Below, one piece after another: positions 46,691-56,830 of a stretch of DNA of 64,000 nt. Source of the DNA: an uncultured Acidobacteriota bacterium (GTDB taxonomy: Bacteria; Acidobacteriota; UBA6911; RPQK01; CBDAPI01); NCBI GenBank assembly GCA_964565865.1, contig CAZMGM010000002.1, positions 16,828 to 80,827 of the forward strand, given 5' to 3'. The notes below the pieces were generated by a model. It was not told the DNA's origin and searched no databases. It saw only the letters and a program-made list of their open reading frames with translations. The first letter of the stretch is position 1. Each line of letters opens with the position of its first letter. A program made the position numbers and the translations under genes.

Positions 46691-48492
46691 CCTTTCACCA
46701 TCAGTTGAATGGTCTTGACCCCCTCCAGCACCAGATCGGTGGCGGCGAGCTCCCTTTCGAGAAAAACTACGTTCTCAAGGGGACGAGAGGCCCCACTGGT
46801 TCGTTCTGAACGATGGATCTCCAGCATCGAAGGGGGAAGTAGCGGCATTCCTTCTCCCGCAACCACCGACCCCGGCCGCCCTCTAAGAAGGCGCACGTAG
46901 ATGCGATCGTTTCTCTTTAGGTTGTTGATCGCCCGAACCAGTTGATAAACCGTCTGTGGGATGGGCTGAGCCGCCTCCTTGGCAGCCGCAGTCCGGGTCA
47001 GTGAGATGCCCTCGCCCACCAGAACCTGCACCGGACCTTCTCTCAAATCCCGAGGGATCTTGAGGGAATAGTTCTGCAGCATCTGTCGACCGTTGTCTCG
47101 GCGCAGGACCAGTGTCAGCTTCACTTCTTCGCCAGGTTTCACTTTCTGTTTGTCTACCCAGACTTGCTCCAGCGTCGCGACCAGCTTCTCCTCAACTGCC
47201 TGGATGTCCACCTGTACCATTTCTACAGGCACATCATCGAAACCACTGTTTATAAGGAGATCCAGCAGTCCTCCGACAGTGAGGGCCGCTTCGGCCATCG
47301 CGCCTGTGTTTCGCGAGTATCTCACTGCCGGCTGTCCCTCAATCGCGATACGAGTGTCGACCCGGAATGTTTGCAGCCCTATTGATCTCTCCGAGCTGAC
47401 CAGGGAGTTAAAAACGGCAAGATTGGCGAGTAGCGGAGTCAAGAAAGGGTCCCGGACTACCTCGACATTGATTTCTCGAACGCCCTGCCGACTGGTGTGC
47501 AGGCGAACGGAAATGGGGAGCATCCTGGCCTTCTCTCCTCTCAAGCCCAGAATACCGGTATCCCGGTCCTGTTTAATGCTTCCCACCAGGTTACCAACAG
47601 CCGTTACCTTTAAACCGGTCGAGAGGCTCGAAATGACGGTCAAAACAGCGCCCGTAGCCATGGGCATGTCGGTAAAGCCGGTCCCCAGAAATGGATGCCC
47701 AAAAGCATAGACCCGGGCACCGTCAACGTGGGTAATGGTTCCGGCTGCGCCAACTTGAAGATCACCCCGCACGAGCTGAGCGACCAGACTCGCCCCTGGA
47801 GCCACCGGGGCCTCTTCAAAATCATTACCGGAAGACCACAGGCCCAATGCCGGGAGGAATCCCAGGGAGCGCACAGCCTTTTCAAAAAATCTGATAGTGG
47901 AAGGATCAAATCCAGAGAGGCTCAGTGGCGTGAGAATTGGCTCCAGGTCACCGCGGACGCCGCGCTGGCCCAGCTCCACAGGTATTCGTGGCGCGAAGTT
48001 CGAGACTCGCTGGATTTCCCCCAGCTCGCGCGAACGGTCGGAAAAGCTTTTTGGAGAAGACCACTGGGAGGGAGCCGACATTTGCTCGAATATCTCTACC
48101 ATTTCGTGGATCGGGGTAATCCCGGCGATCGGTTCCTTTGAAAACGGGAAGGAAAACGCGATGGCACCAATTAGCTTTCCTTCGATGTAGACAGGACTTC
48201 CGCTCATGCCCGAAAAAACGCCTGTTGTCTCGACCTTCTCCCCCCGGAGTCGGCACAGGATCAGGTTTCTGCCGGGCCGGACATTCTCCAGAACTCCTAA
48301 GATCTCAACTTGGAATTCCTCGATGGCAACCTTCTCGAAAGTGGTCTTGCCCGTTCCAGTCATCCCTGGCTTTATCTGCTCGAGGGGAAGAAAGTCCAGC
48401 CGCTGTCCCCAGACATTGACCCAGAGCAGAGTCCCCATCAGGACTCCAGTCATAAAACCCTCGTGAGTTCGGAAAATCATTGCTCTCAGCAC
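46687..48492 (-). CDS. SpoIVB/S55-like serine peptidase domain protein
   Basis: 601 aa. N-terminal region GMTGTGKTTFEKVAIEEFQVEILGVLENV...GVFSGMSGSPVYIEGKLIGAIAF, with the GMSGSP serine motif. 4-nt overlap with the downstream propeller gene. Confidence 0.55.
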   Translation of the reverse strand: MLRAMIFRTHEGFMTGVLMGTLLWVNVWGQRLDFLPLEQIKPGMTGTGKTTFEKVAIEEFQVEILGVLENVRPGRNLILCRLRGEKVETTGVFSGMSGSPVYIEGKLIGAIAFSFPFSKEPIAGITPIHEMVEIFEQMSAPSQWSSPKSFSDRSRELGEIQRVSNFAPRIPVELGQRGVRGDLEPILTPLSLSGFDPSTIRFFEKAVRSLGFLPALGLWSSGNDFEEAPVAPGASLVAQLVRGDLQVGAAGTITHVDGARVYAFGHPFLGTGFTDMPMATGAVLTVISSLSTGLKVTAVGNLVGSIKQDRDTGILGLRGEKARMLPISVRLHTSRQGVREINVEVVRDPFLTPLLANLAVFNSLVSSERSIGLQTFRVDTRIAIEGQPAVRYSRNTGAMAEAALTVGGLLDLLINSGFDDVPVEMVQVDIQAVEEKLVATLEQVWVDKQKVKPGEEVKLTLVLRRDNGRQMLQNYSLKIPRDLREGPVQVLVGEGISLTRTAAAKEAAQPIPQTVYQLVRAINNLKRNDRIYVRLLRGRPGSVVAGEGMPLLPPSMLEIHRSERTSGASRPLENVVFLERELAATDLVLEGVKTIQLMVKG

Positions 48493-48628
48493 TTTGTAGG
48501 GCTCCAGGGCTTTACACTATACAGAAGGTCCCGAGTTTCGAGCAACTCCTGCAACGATCCCCGTGTCAGTCTTCATTGTCATCATAAGAACGGTAGTTCG
48601 GGGGAGGAGTTTATCCCCATGGTCCACG

Positions 48629-51600
48629 ATGAGATTCAATTCTCTGAGCCTGGTCGGTTTCAAGTCATTCGCTAACAAGACCCAGGTCTCGTTTGACGAT
48701 CAGGTTACCGCAATCGTGGGGCCAAACGGATGCGGAAAATCCAATCTTTTTGATGCTCTGGCCTGGGTTCTTGGTGCCCAGAATGCCCGTGAGATGCGGG
48801 GCCGGAAGATGGAGGACTTCATCTTCGGGGGAACCCGGAAACGCAAGCGCTCGGGCATGGCCCAGGCTAGCCTTGGTATCAGCCTCAACGGCCCTTTGGA
48901 CCTGGAAATCCAGGGAAAACCGATTATCGATGATCGGCTGGAAATCTGTCGCAAGCTTTACCGTTCCGGCGAGAGCGCGTACCTCGTCAATGGACGACGC
49001 TGCCGTCTGAAGGACATCCATAGAATCCTTGAGGAAGTTGGACTCGATTGCGCTTCCTACGCGTTGATCGCCCAGGGACAGATTGATGCCTTCATAACCG
49101 CCAAACCGCTCGAACGAAGAGCGGTGATCGAGGAAGCCGCTCGGATTACAGGTTACAAGAGTCAACGCCGGAGTGCGGAACTGAAGCTGGATATGGCCCA
49201 GCAGAACTTGCTCCGGGTCAACGACATTGTTCTTGAAGTTGAACGGCGGCTGAGGTCACTGAAGCGACAGGCTGCCAAAGCCCGACGATACAAACGCTTC
49301 AAGGAAGAATTTCGTGACCTCCAGAGGATACGCTTTGTAGTAGAGGCGCGGGGGCTTCAGGATGAGCTTCAGGCCCAGACTTGCCGGCTGGACCAGTTCA
49401 ACGCAGATTTCAGTCGGGTCGATGAAACGTTGCGGGGTGCTCTGACCCTGCACCAGGAACGAACGGAACTACGAAACCATCTGGAGAGCGAGCTTTCCGA
49501 ACTCAGCGAGCGAAGCTCTAGTTTGCTCCTAGAGATCGATCGCACTACGAACGCGATCCGCAACGATCAAGAGCAGATTGAGACAACTGGAAAGTACGTT
49601 GAGAAATTGGACGCGGAACGGGATTCAATTGAGCAGACCATTAGCCGTGTCGAAGCGGAAAAAGGCCGGTTCCAGAAAGAGATCGAAGGTCTTTGCGAGG
49701 AAGAAGGTCGAAACCTAGGGATCATAGAGAAGCACCGGAATCTTGTGCAGGAGAGTTCCCTCAAGGTTGAGGAAGTCGAAATGGCTGTCGAAGAAGGCCG
49801 TAGCCGGATTCTTGAGCTCTCCTCTCGCACGGGCTCGCTGAACGGATTGCTCGAACAGATTGACAGGCGTCTGGAAGAGCTGCAGAGCCGGGAAGGCAGG
49901 CTGGCCGAAGGCCATGCCAGATCAGCCCTAGACGTAGAGCACTTGGAAGGGGAGTTCGAGCTGAACGGGGAAAAAGTCAAAAAGCTGGGGACCGAGCGCC
50001 GAAAAATCAAGGGGAAATTAAGGGGTCTGAAAATAGAGCAGGATGAACTCGAAACGACCGTACAGGATCTGCAGTGTTCTGAGGCTGAAATCAACAACCA
50101 ACTCATCGCGCTGGCCGAACGGCTCCAATCGCTGCGCGAGATTGATGTTGGGCGTTCCCAGTACAGCGGCGGAGTTCAGAAACTACTCAAGGCGCTGACC
50201 GACAACGGCTCCGTGGCGACGGGTGGAACACTGGCAGATCGGATTGAGGCAAAGCCTGAATTCGAACAACTAGTTGAAAACTTTCTGGACAACAAACTGG
50301 AATACGTTCTTGTCGATTCAATGAGGGACGCTCGAGCGGGCCTGGAGGAGGCCTTGAGCTTGAACGGCGGACGATGTTCCTTTTTGGCTATTCGCTCGGA
50401 CAACGGCTTCGGAAAAGGGGTGCCGTCAACACAACTAAACCGGTCCGTTTCCGAAGGAGTCGTGGGAAGGCTCTCGGAACTCTTGCGAATGGATAAAGAC
50501 GTCGAGTCGGCTTTTCTGAGAGTCCTGCCGGAAACGGCAAATGCAGTTGTTGTCTCGGATCTGGAAAAAGCTTTCGAGCTGGCCCACTCCCATTCCGACT
50601 CTACCTTTCTCACACTGGACGGAGCGACTCTGGCACCCCGCGGTCTGCTGACCGCCAATCTTTCCGATACGCGAAAGCTCGGACTTCTTTCGCTCAAAAG
50701 GAGAACCAAGGACACTGAGGAAAAGGTAGCCCGCTCCCAGCGCCGGCAGAAACGCCTGAAGAATCGGTTGAAATCTGAAACTCGGAAGCTCGCGTCTCTG
50801 AAGTTGAGGACCCAGAACACCAGGAAGGACCTCACAGAAACGGAGCGCAGCCTTTGGCAATCTGAGGTCAACAACGAACAACTGAAATTGAACTTGGATC
50901 GGGAAAAGACAAGCATCACGGATCTGAATCAGGAGCTAAAAAAAACCCGGGCGGCCATCGAATCCTCACATGCACAGACGAGTCACAAACAGAAACAGCT
51001 GGCCACCGTGAACAAAGACAATCTGCAGGCTGAGAAGCGCCTCAATGCGGCCAGGAAGCAGCTCGCAGAATTACGGGGGGAACTTGACCGCGTTCAGCAG
51101 CAATACAACTCTGCTGCTTCCAACCACAAGATTCTGCAGGAGCGAAAGCAAGCGGTGAACGACACTCTGGCTAGAATCGGGGAACAGCAAGAGGGTTTCG
51201 AGGACCGCGAGGAGTCAGTTTCTCAGGCGATCGAGCAAAATCGGCAACGAGTTTCGGAAATGGCTAACCGGATTCAATGCATGTCGGACAAGCTCTCAAA
51301 ACTCAGCCAACAGGAAGATGAGGTGAGCAGTTCACTGTCGAAAAAGCGTTCTCAATACCAGGACTGGAAAGCCGAATCTCCCCGCCTGGAAGAAGATCTG
51401 GATCAATTGAGAAGAGAGAAGGAACGGACTCAACGGTCAGGAACCGAAGTACAGGTCGAAGTTGCCAGAATTGAAACTCAGATTCAGGGGATTGAAGATC
51501 AATGCCGCGAGCAACTCGAGGAATCAATCCGGGACCTTCTCGAGAGCGTCGCACTGACCGGCGTCAACACAGGAGAGACTTTGAAACGTCATGTCGACCT

Positions 51601-52210
51601 CAAAGATCGCCTGGAGAAATTCGGACCCATTAATATGACCGCTCTCGAGGAGTATCAGGAGAACGAGGAACGGTACAACTTCCTGATCGACCAGCGGCGC
51701 GACCTGGAAGCCTCCATCGCGGACACTCACAAAGCCATTCAGGACCTCAACCGCCGGAGCCGCCAGCAGTTCAAGAAAGCCTTTGAGGCTGTGAATCGAA
51801 ACTTCAGAGAAGTCTTCCAGACTCTGTTCGGGGGAGGGGACTGTGGAATGAGGCTGCTGGATGAGGATGACCTTCTGGAGAGTGGTCTGGAGGTTTTCGC
51901 ACAGCCTCCCGGCAAACGTCTCCAGAATGTCATGCTGCTCTCCGGGGGAGAAAAGGCCCTCACTGTTTTTGCCCTTCTGGTGGGTCTTTTCGAGTATCGG
52001 CCCAGCCAATTCTGCATACTGGACGAAGTCGATGCCCCCCTGGACGACGCCAATGTAACGCGCTTCACGAAGCTGTTGCGAAAAATGAGCGATAAGACTC
52101 AGATTATCGTAGTCACACACAACAAACAGACGATGGAAATGGCCGATGCTCTTTTCGGGGTGACTATGGAAGAGCCGGGCGTATCAGAAATCGTCTCGGT
52201 CAGGATGTAG
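48629..52210 (+). CDS. smc: Chromosome partition protein Smc
   Basis: Walker A GPNGCGKSN, long coiled coils with a central hinge (GTLADRIEAKPEFEQLVENFL), C-terminal LSGGEKALTVFALL and ILDEVDAPLD. The track ORF begins at 48563; ATG 48629 (MRFNSLSLVGFKSF) is the canonical start. Confidence 0.93.
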   Translation: MRFNSLSLVGFKSFANKTQVSFDDQVTAIVGPNGCGKSNLFDALAWVLGAQNAREMRGRKMEDFIFGGTRKRKRSGMAQASLGISLNGPLDLEIQGKPIIDDRLEICRKLYRSGESAYLVNGRRCRLKDIHRILEEVGLDCASYALIAQGQIDAFITAKPLERRAVIEEAARITGYKSQRRSAELKLDMAQQNLLRVNDIVLEVERRLRSLKRQAAKARRYKRFKEEFRDLQRIRFVVEARGLQDELQAQTCRLDQFNADFSRVDETLRGALTLHQERTELRNHLESELSELSERSSSLLLEIDRTTNAIRNDQEQIETTGKYVEKLDAERDSIEQTISRVEAEKGRFQKEIEGLCEEEGRNLGIIEKHRNLVQESSLKVEEVEMAVEEGRSRILELSSRTGSLNGLLEQIDRRLEELQSREGRLAEGHARSALDVEHLEGEFELNGEKVKKLGTERRKIKGKLRGLKIEQDELETTVQDLQCSEAEINNQLIALAERLQSLREIDVGRSQYSGGVQKLLKALTDNGSVATGGTLADRIEAKPEFEQLVENFLDNKLEYVLVDSMRDARAGLEEALSLNGGRCSFLAIRSDNGFGKGVPSTQLNRSVSEGVVGRLSELLRMDKDVESAFLRVLPETANAVVVSDLEKAFELAHSHSDSTFLTLDGATLAPRGLLTANLSDTRKLGLLSLKRRTKDTEEKVARSQRRQKRLKNRLKSETRKLASLKLRTQNTRKDLTETERSLWQSEVNNEQLKLNLDREKTSITDLNQELKKTRAAIESSHAQTSHKQKQLATVNKDNLQAEKRLNAARKQLAELRGELDRVQQQYNSAASNHKILQERKQAVNDTLARIGEQQEGFEDREESVSQAIEQNRQRVSEMANRIQCMSDKLSKLSQQEDEVSSSLSKKRSQYQDWKAESPRLEEDLDQLRREKERTQRSGTEVQVEVARIETQIQGIEDQCREQLEESIRDLLESVALTGVNTGETLKRHVDLKDRLEKFGPINMTALEEYQENEERYNFLIDQRRDLEASIADTHKAIQDLNRRSRQQFKKAFEAVNRNFREVFQTLFGGGDCGMRLLDEDDLLESGLEVFAQPPGKRLQNVMLLSGGEKALTVFALLVGLFEYRPSQFCILDEVDAPLDDANVTRFTKLLRKMSDKTQIIVVTHNKQTMEMADALFGVTMEEPGVSEIVSVRM

Positions 52211-52229
52211 TGCCTCGTTCGCTGTCAGC

Positions 52230-52318
52230 GGCCGAAGACCCCAGGAACGGGGTTCTTCACCACCAGGCACAAAGTGGACAGAAGAAACTGTCTCTGTGGT
52301 TGAAGCTCATCTTCGGCC
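52230..52318 (+). other. Nested-hairpin (Y-shaped) element 20 nt after the smc stop; contains the GGTTGAAG repeat core
   Basis: - Outer stem: GGCCGAAGA (52230-38) / TCTTCGGCC (52310-18).
- Inner stem: CTTCACCAC (52255-63) / GTGGT(T)GAAG (52296-305).
- Apical stem: GACAG (52277-81) / CTGTC (52288-92).
- Side hairpin: CCCC (52239-42) / GGGG (52249-52). Confidence 0.45.
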
Positions 52319-52738
52319 TGCCCGAGTCGGACGAACCGCCCATAAGCAACACCTAAATGAGGAGGGGTGGAGCAAACACAGGTCGGTTCACGTGGAGCCC
52401 ATATTACGGCAACCGCAGGCTTTCTGACCGAGGGTCTTGACCAGGTTCCGAGCCGGTTTAGGGGACGAGGTGGTGTGCGTCAAATAGTACAAAAACATCA
52501 CGCCGTTGACCCCGGATCTACCTTGCCCACTGTGTGGTCTTCTTTTCAGAAGGGATCCGATAGAAAGTGTTATTGATCTCGGTAGTGTTGAGTCGCTTCG
52601 GGTAGAACTGGAGACATTCTTTCTGTGGAAGGATCTCCGGAGAAAAGCCCCGTTCCATTGCTTATAGGAGAATCCGGACCTACGCACCTAAAACCATTCC
52701 AGACACAGGCCTCCCCGGCTTGATCTGGCAGGGCTGGC

Positions 52739-54100
52739 TTACCCGGTCTTCTTCTGCACCAGGTCCCTTCTCTGGAGATGCACTTTGTCGAAACTGTCGG
52801 AGGAGATGACATAGTACCAGTTCGCAAATCTTCGATTGAGCTTCTCCGACGTCTCACGCCCCTCCTCTAAGTCCTCTTCCCAATCCTGGTACTTCCCGTG
52901 GAGTTCCTTGTTTCTCTTGTCTTCGTCCGTCAAATCTTCGTCGGGTTTTCCCTGAAAAGAAAGACTGCCGGCCTTTCTCGGTTCACTGAAATGGTCCGAG
53001 TTGAAAGAGGTTGTGATGAACAGGTAGCGATTCTCTCCCGGGCCAGCGGACTCATCATCACTAGCCGCAGTCCCAGCCGTCACGGCCTCGGCATCTCCAT
53101 ACAGCACTTCACCAAATCGAAGAATGTAGGTCATCCCTTTGGACGTTTTTACTTCGAGCTCGCCCTCGTTCGAGAGCAGGTTTCCATCCCGAGTAAAGTA
53201 ATACCCCTTACTCTGCAGGGAAAGCATGGCTTCTTGAGAGATCGGTATGTCGTCTCCGGAGCGCTGCAGTGACTGAGAGAGTCCTTTGGGCTTGGGCCGG
53301 ACTCCCACGATGGACAGCTCATCGATGCCCCGCAGTAAATCGTCCACCTTGGTGGAATTCAGCTCCTCGCTGGACCGCATCCCCTCGGCTTTCCACTCCC
53401 CGTCGTTGCCCAGAACGATTTCCCCCCGCTGGACCACTCGGCGAGTGCGCTCGTTAATGAAATAGTCCTTAATGATGATCTTCTCGATGTCGTCCTTTTC
53501 TACTTCGAGCAGGTCTGTTTCAATCCAGTCGGCAAAGGAGGTCGAAATGTCCAGATCGAGGTTCGAGACGTAGATCCGTTTCTGCTCCGGGATTCTCACA
53601 AAATGCAGGTTGTCTTCTTCTCCCGTAGCCTTGCCGATGATCAAATCCGCCAGGATTTGGCCAGAGGCGTTTTTGACTGTAACGCGTTCACCCCGACCGG
53701 TCAGACTGGTAGTCGTCTCGTCAAGGGGATCGACCACGCCGCTAGCTTCATGATCGGCAACGTTATTCGAGCGGAAGCCGTCTTTCTTGATGCCGATCAG
53801 GCCCGCCGCGGTCTTGGCTAGGCGGTCCTTGCCGTCGGCCGGATAGTCATGGTGCGAGGGTATGGTCCACACCTCACCGTCAAAAGTGACTTTGAAAGGC
53901 CTGGCGGTCCCGGTGTCCTCATTGAACTCTATGACTTCCAGAGTGGTAGCGGTATTGGGATCCTCAAAGTCTCCAAAGAAGGGCTCACCAACGTCCGTGA
54001 AGGCTTCCGGATTCACCCGACCCGGAGCCGTGATCAGGGCCAGCAGCAGCAGGCCCATAGCCACTCCAACATAAGTCAGTGTCTGCCTAGTTTCACTCAT
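52739..54100 (-). CDS. DUF4340-like protein (accessory component of GldG-type ABC systems)
   Basis: 453 aa with an N-terminal TM anchor (TLTYVGVAMGLLLLALI) and repeated beta-rich modules. Its position directly downstream of the GldF-GldG fusion is the usual context for DUF4340. Confidence 0.55.
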   Translation of the reverse strand: MSETRQTLTYVGVAMGLLLLALITAPGRVNPEAFTDVGEPFFGDFEDPNTATTLEVIEFNEDTGTARPFKVTFDGEVWTIPSHHDYPADGKDRLAKTAAGLIGIKKDGFRSNNVADHEASGVVDPLDETTTSLTGRGERVTVKNASGQILADLIIGKATGEEDNLHFVRIPEQKRIYVSNLDLDISTSFADWIETDLLEVEKDDIEKIIIKDYFINERTRRVVQRGEIVLGNDGEWKAEGMRSSEELNSTKVDDLLRGIDELSIVGVRPKPKGLSQSLQRSGDDIPISQEAMLSLQSKGYYFTRDGNLLSNEGELEVKTSKGMTYILRFGEVLYGDAEAVTAGTAASDDESAGPGENRYLFITTSFNSDHFSEPRKAGSLSFQGKPDEDLTDEDKRNKELHGKYQDWEEDLEEGRETSEKLNRRFANWYYVISSDSFDKVHLQRRDLVQKKTG

Positions 54101-54112
54101 GGCGTATCTCCT

Positions 54113-56830
54113 CTATCCTTGCAGCAAGCGGGTCGATGACTCTCCCTCCCGCTCTCTTCTCTGCCGGCGCATGAAAATGAGAATTCCGAGCACGAAGACC
54201 GGAATGGGAGGAAGCAGGACTGCAAAAGTCTTGATGTTGCTTTGAATCCGGCGCAACTGGGATTCCAGGTTTTCACGACTGGCATCGACTCTGGCTTCTT
54301 TTTCAGTTTCTATACTTGCCTTAAGGACTTCAAACTTACGGGACTCAACCTCCTGGATGTTGCGGGCCATGATCTGCTTGGTGCGCTCGTCCAGATCGGG
54401 CCGGCTCCGAACATCTTCCACGGCCCGGTCTAGGTTCTGTTGTGCTTCTGCCAGGGCCCGCTGGGCATAGGCTTCTGCTTCTCCTTCCTCCCGGATCCTG
54501 GTTTCAATGAACCGGCGTGTCTGCGCTTCGACGCGCTCTAGAGTTCGATGGCGGACTCGCTTGTTCCGAAGCGAGACGAAGCTCTCGTCGCCCACCAGAA
54601 CATCCATGACATTCAGGAAAAGCGTGACGTTGTCGAAATGCAGATTCTCCGGGCCGCGCTCCCGAATTTGGAAAAACTGCTCGGAAATGAAATCCAGGTC
54701 AGCGATCACGGCTAGTCTGAAGTCGTTCCCGGGTGGTTTCGGGGCGGACTCACTGGCGGTGTCTTTTTCGCCTCTTTCTTCCCCGTCAGGAGGAGGACTT
54801 ACTTTTCGGGTCACTAAGGCGGCCAGTACATAATCGGAGCCATCGGGGCGGTGTGGGAGATTGCGGTTAAGGCCTATGCCCATAAAACTGCGCTGAACCA
54901 GTTGCGAGTATCTCAGGCGCCCCGATACAAATCCAGACCTGATCAGAGACTGGAACTCAAATTCGCTTCCGACCGCAGGAGCCAGCGTTCCCGGGTACAG
55001 CATCACAATCTCCTGCAGCTCAGCCGAGGCGCTGTTGCCGGGATTGAAGGTGTTTTCGTTCTGGTTGCCCCGCCCGGAGAACACGACTTCGGGGGGTAGC
55101 TGCCCCAGATCGGGATGTGGATTGTAGGCATCCCAGATCACAATGGACTTGTCCCAGCTTACCCCCATTTCACTTAAAAACCCCTGAATATCTCCTTTCT
55201 GCTTGGGAGGCGGACCCTGGTTTCTCATAAAGGGATTCTGGTTTGCCCCTGCCTGCTCCGAGGGGGACAAGCCCAGGTTAATGACAGGCATGGGGTCGAC
55301 CAGCAGAAGTGTCGGAGTACCCCCGAGAACGTATCCTTTAAGAGTGTCGAGCTCCTCCTGGGAAAGCGATGAAGGAAGAGCGATCATCAGCCCGTCCAGA
55401 TCATCCGGCAATTCCCCCGTCGGGCTGACTTGCACGACTTCGTACTGTTTTTTCAGCTCGTCTACTACGGGCCAGCCGGGATTACTTCGGAAACTTTGAA
55501 AGTCGAAGCCTCCGAAGAGCTTGGCCTCCGTAGTTACCACCCCGATTTTCTTGCGCTCCGTATTGGCAACTACACGCATGCTCCGAGCCAGCTCGTACTC
55601 AACCGAGAGTCCTCGATCCAGGAATGGGATGACCTGTTCTTCAGCCCCGCAGGTGAACGCAAAGCCCAGGAAGACATCTGCAAAACCGGCCTGGGCGTTA
55701 CTCAGATTGGGGATCTTCCGGGGGGTGATGGCAAATTTCTCCCGGGCCTCGCGGGCTGCTTCCGAATAGGGAACCGTGTTCTCAATCCTTACCTGGACAG
55801 TTGCGCCACCGATAGAATCCAGCTGCTTGAGAGTACTCAGTAGGTTAGTGCGTGTCTGAACGTAAGCCTCTGGCACATCCGGACTTACAAAGGCCTGAAT
55901 GAACACGGGCCGCTCCGGGTCCAGTCCTCTTACCAGACTGCGAGTCTGCGAGCTCAAAGAATGGATCCTCTCCGAAGTAGCATCGACTCGTACACCCAGA
56001 CGCGCAACCAGGGTAGTGAGGGCAGCCAGCGCAACCACCAGGGCAACAATTCGCACAGCATAGTGGCTCCAAGTGGGGTAACCCTCGGTGGTGCGCGGCC
56101 AATGGCGACGGTCTACCAGCAGTACGTTGATGAAAAGACCAATGGCGGCAATGGAAGAGAAGTAAAGAATAGACGACAAGCTGATGACCCCAAAAGCGAA
56201 GTCCTGGAAATGAGGATCTACCCCCAGCGAGGCTACCACCGACCCCAACGTGCTGCTGAGCAGCGACACGACCTGCTTGAAGAACACCAGAAAGGCACAC
56301 AGCAGCGCCCCGAGAATAAAAGCAATGGTGGCGTTGGCTGTGAGCAGGGAGGCGATCATTCCCACTGCTATGAACGCACCGCCGGCAAACCAGTAACCGA
56401 CATAGTTGCTCAGCATCATTCCCAGATCCGGGCTACCCAGCCAGGCCAGGATCAGGACATGGCTGAAAGAAAGGACCAGCGAGGCCGTATAGATTCCGAG
56501 AACTGCCGAGTACTTCCCACAAACAACTTCCAGGCTGGTGGCCGGCAAAGTGAACAGCAGTTCGTCCGTGGCCTGCTTGCGTTCCTCAGACCAAACTCCC
56601 ATTGTCAGAGCTGGAATAAAGAAAACAAGCAGATAAGGGAACAGTGTATTCAGCTGATCCAGGTTGGCCAGGTTGTTCAGGAAGAAGCGATCCTGCCAGA
56701 AGGCCGCCACTGCGCTCAGGAAAATGAATAGTGTGATAAACACATAACCGGTTGGGTTCGTAAAGTACTTCCAAAGATCGCGCCTCACCAGGGCCCTGAT
56801 GAATCTCCAATTCACTTCTTTCAGCATCAC
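54113..56830 (-). CDS. ABC-2 permease fused to a GldG-like auxiliary domain (GldF-GldG fusion)
   Basis: 905 aa. The N-terminal 250 aa or so is a polytopic ABC-2-type permease. A large extracytoplasmic ABC_transp_aux-like region follows, then a coiled-coil segment and a C-terminal TM helix (FAVLLPPIPVFVLGILIF). Confidence 0.65.
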   Translation of the reverse strand: MMLKEVNWRFIRALVRRDLWKYFTNPTGYVFITLFIFLSAVAAFWQDRFFLNNLANLDQLNTLFPYLLVFFIPALTMGVWSEERKQATDELLFTLPATSLEVVCGKYSAVLGIYTASLVLSFSHVLILAWLGSPDLGMMLSNYVGYWFAGGAFIAVGMIASLLTANATIAFILGALLCAFLVFFKQVVSLLSSTLGSVVASLGVDPHFQDFAFGVISLSSILYFSSIAAIGLFINVLLVDRRHWPRTTEGYPTWSHYAVRIVALVVALAALTTLVARLGVRVDATSERIHSLSSQTRSLVRGLDPERPVFIQAFVSPDVPEAYVQTRTNLLSTLKQLDSIGGATVQVRIENTVPYSEAAREAREKFAITPRKIPNLSNAQAGFADVFLGFAFTCGAEEQVIPFLDRGLSVEYELARSMRVVANTERKKIGVVTTEAKLFGGFDFQSFRSNPGWPVVDELKKQYEVVQVSPTGELPDDLDGLMIALPSSLSQEELDTLKGYVLGGTPTLLLVDPMPVINLGLSPSEQAGANQNPFMRNQGPPPKQKGDIQGFLSEMGVSWDKSIVIWDAYNPHPDLGQLPPEVVFSGRGNQNENTFNPGNSASAELQEIVMLYPGTLAPAVGSEFEFQSLIRSGFVSGRLRYSQLVQRSFMGIGLNRNLPHRPDGSDYVLAALVTRKVSPPPDGEERGEKDTASESAPKPPGNDFRLAVIADLDFISEQFFQIRERGPENLHFDNVTLFLNVMDVLVGDESFVSLRNKRVRHRTLERVEAQTRRFIETRIREEGEAEAYAQRALAEAQQNLDRAVEDVRSRPDLDERTKQIMARNIQEVESRKFEVLKASIETEKEARVDASRENLESQLRRIQSNIKTFAVLLPPIPVFVLGILIFMRRQRREREGESSTRLLQG

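Noticed and set aside
50176-50919. 247-aa minus-strand ORF. Similar long antisense ORFs occur at 49567-50106, 51524-52120, 55961-56731, 45893-46591, 40602-41204 and 47093-47710.
   Set aside because: All are embedded antisense in strongly supported genes (smc, the GldFG fusion, the propeller protein, nfuA, the S55-like peptidase). Their Ser/Arg-rich, repetitive translations mirror the coiled-coil and GC bias of the sense strand.
52367-52576. 69-aa plus-strand ORF preceded by AGGAGG in the smc downstream gap
   Set aside because: The SD-like AGGAGG ends only 1 nt before the GTG start, which is too close. The peptide is Gly/Arg/Ser/Thr-rich with no hydrophobic core pattern or recognisable motif.
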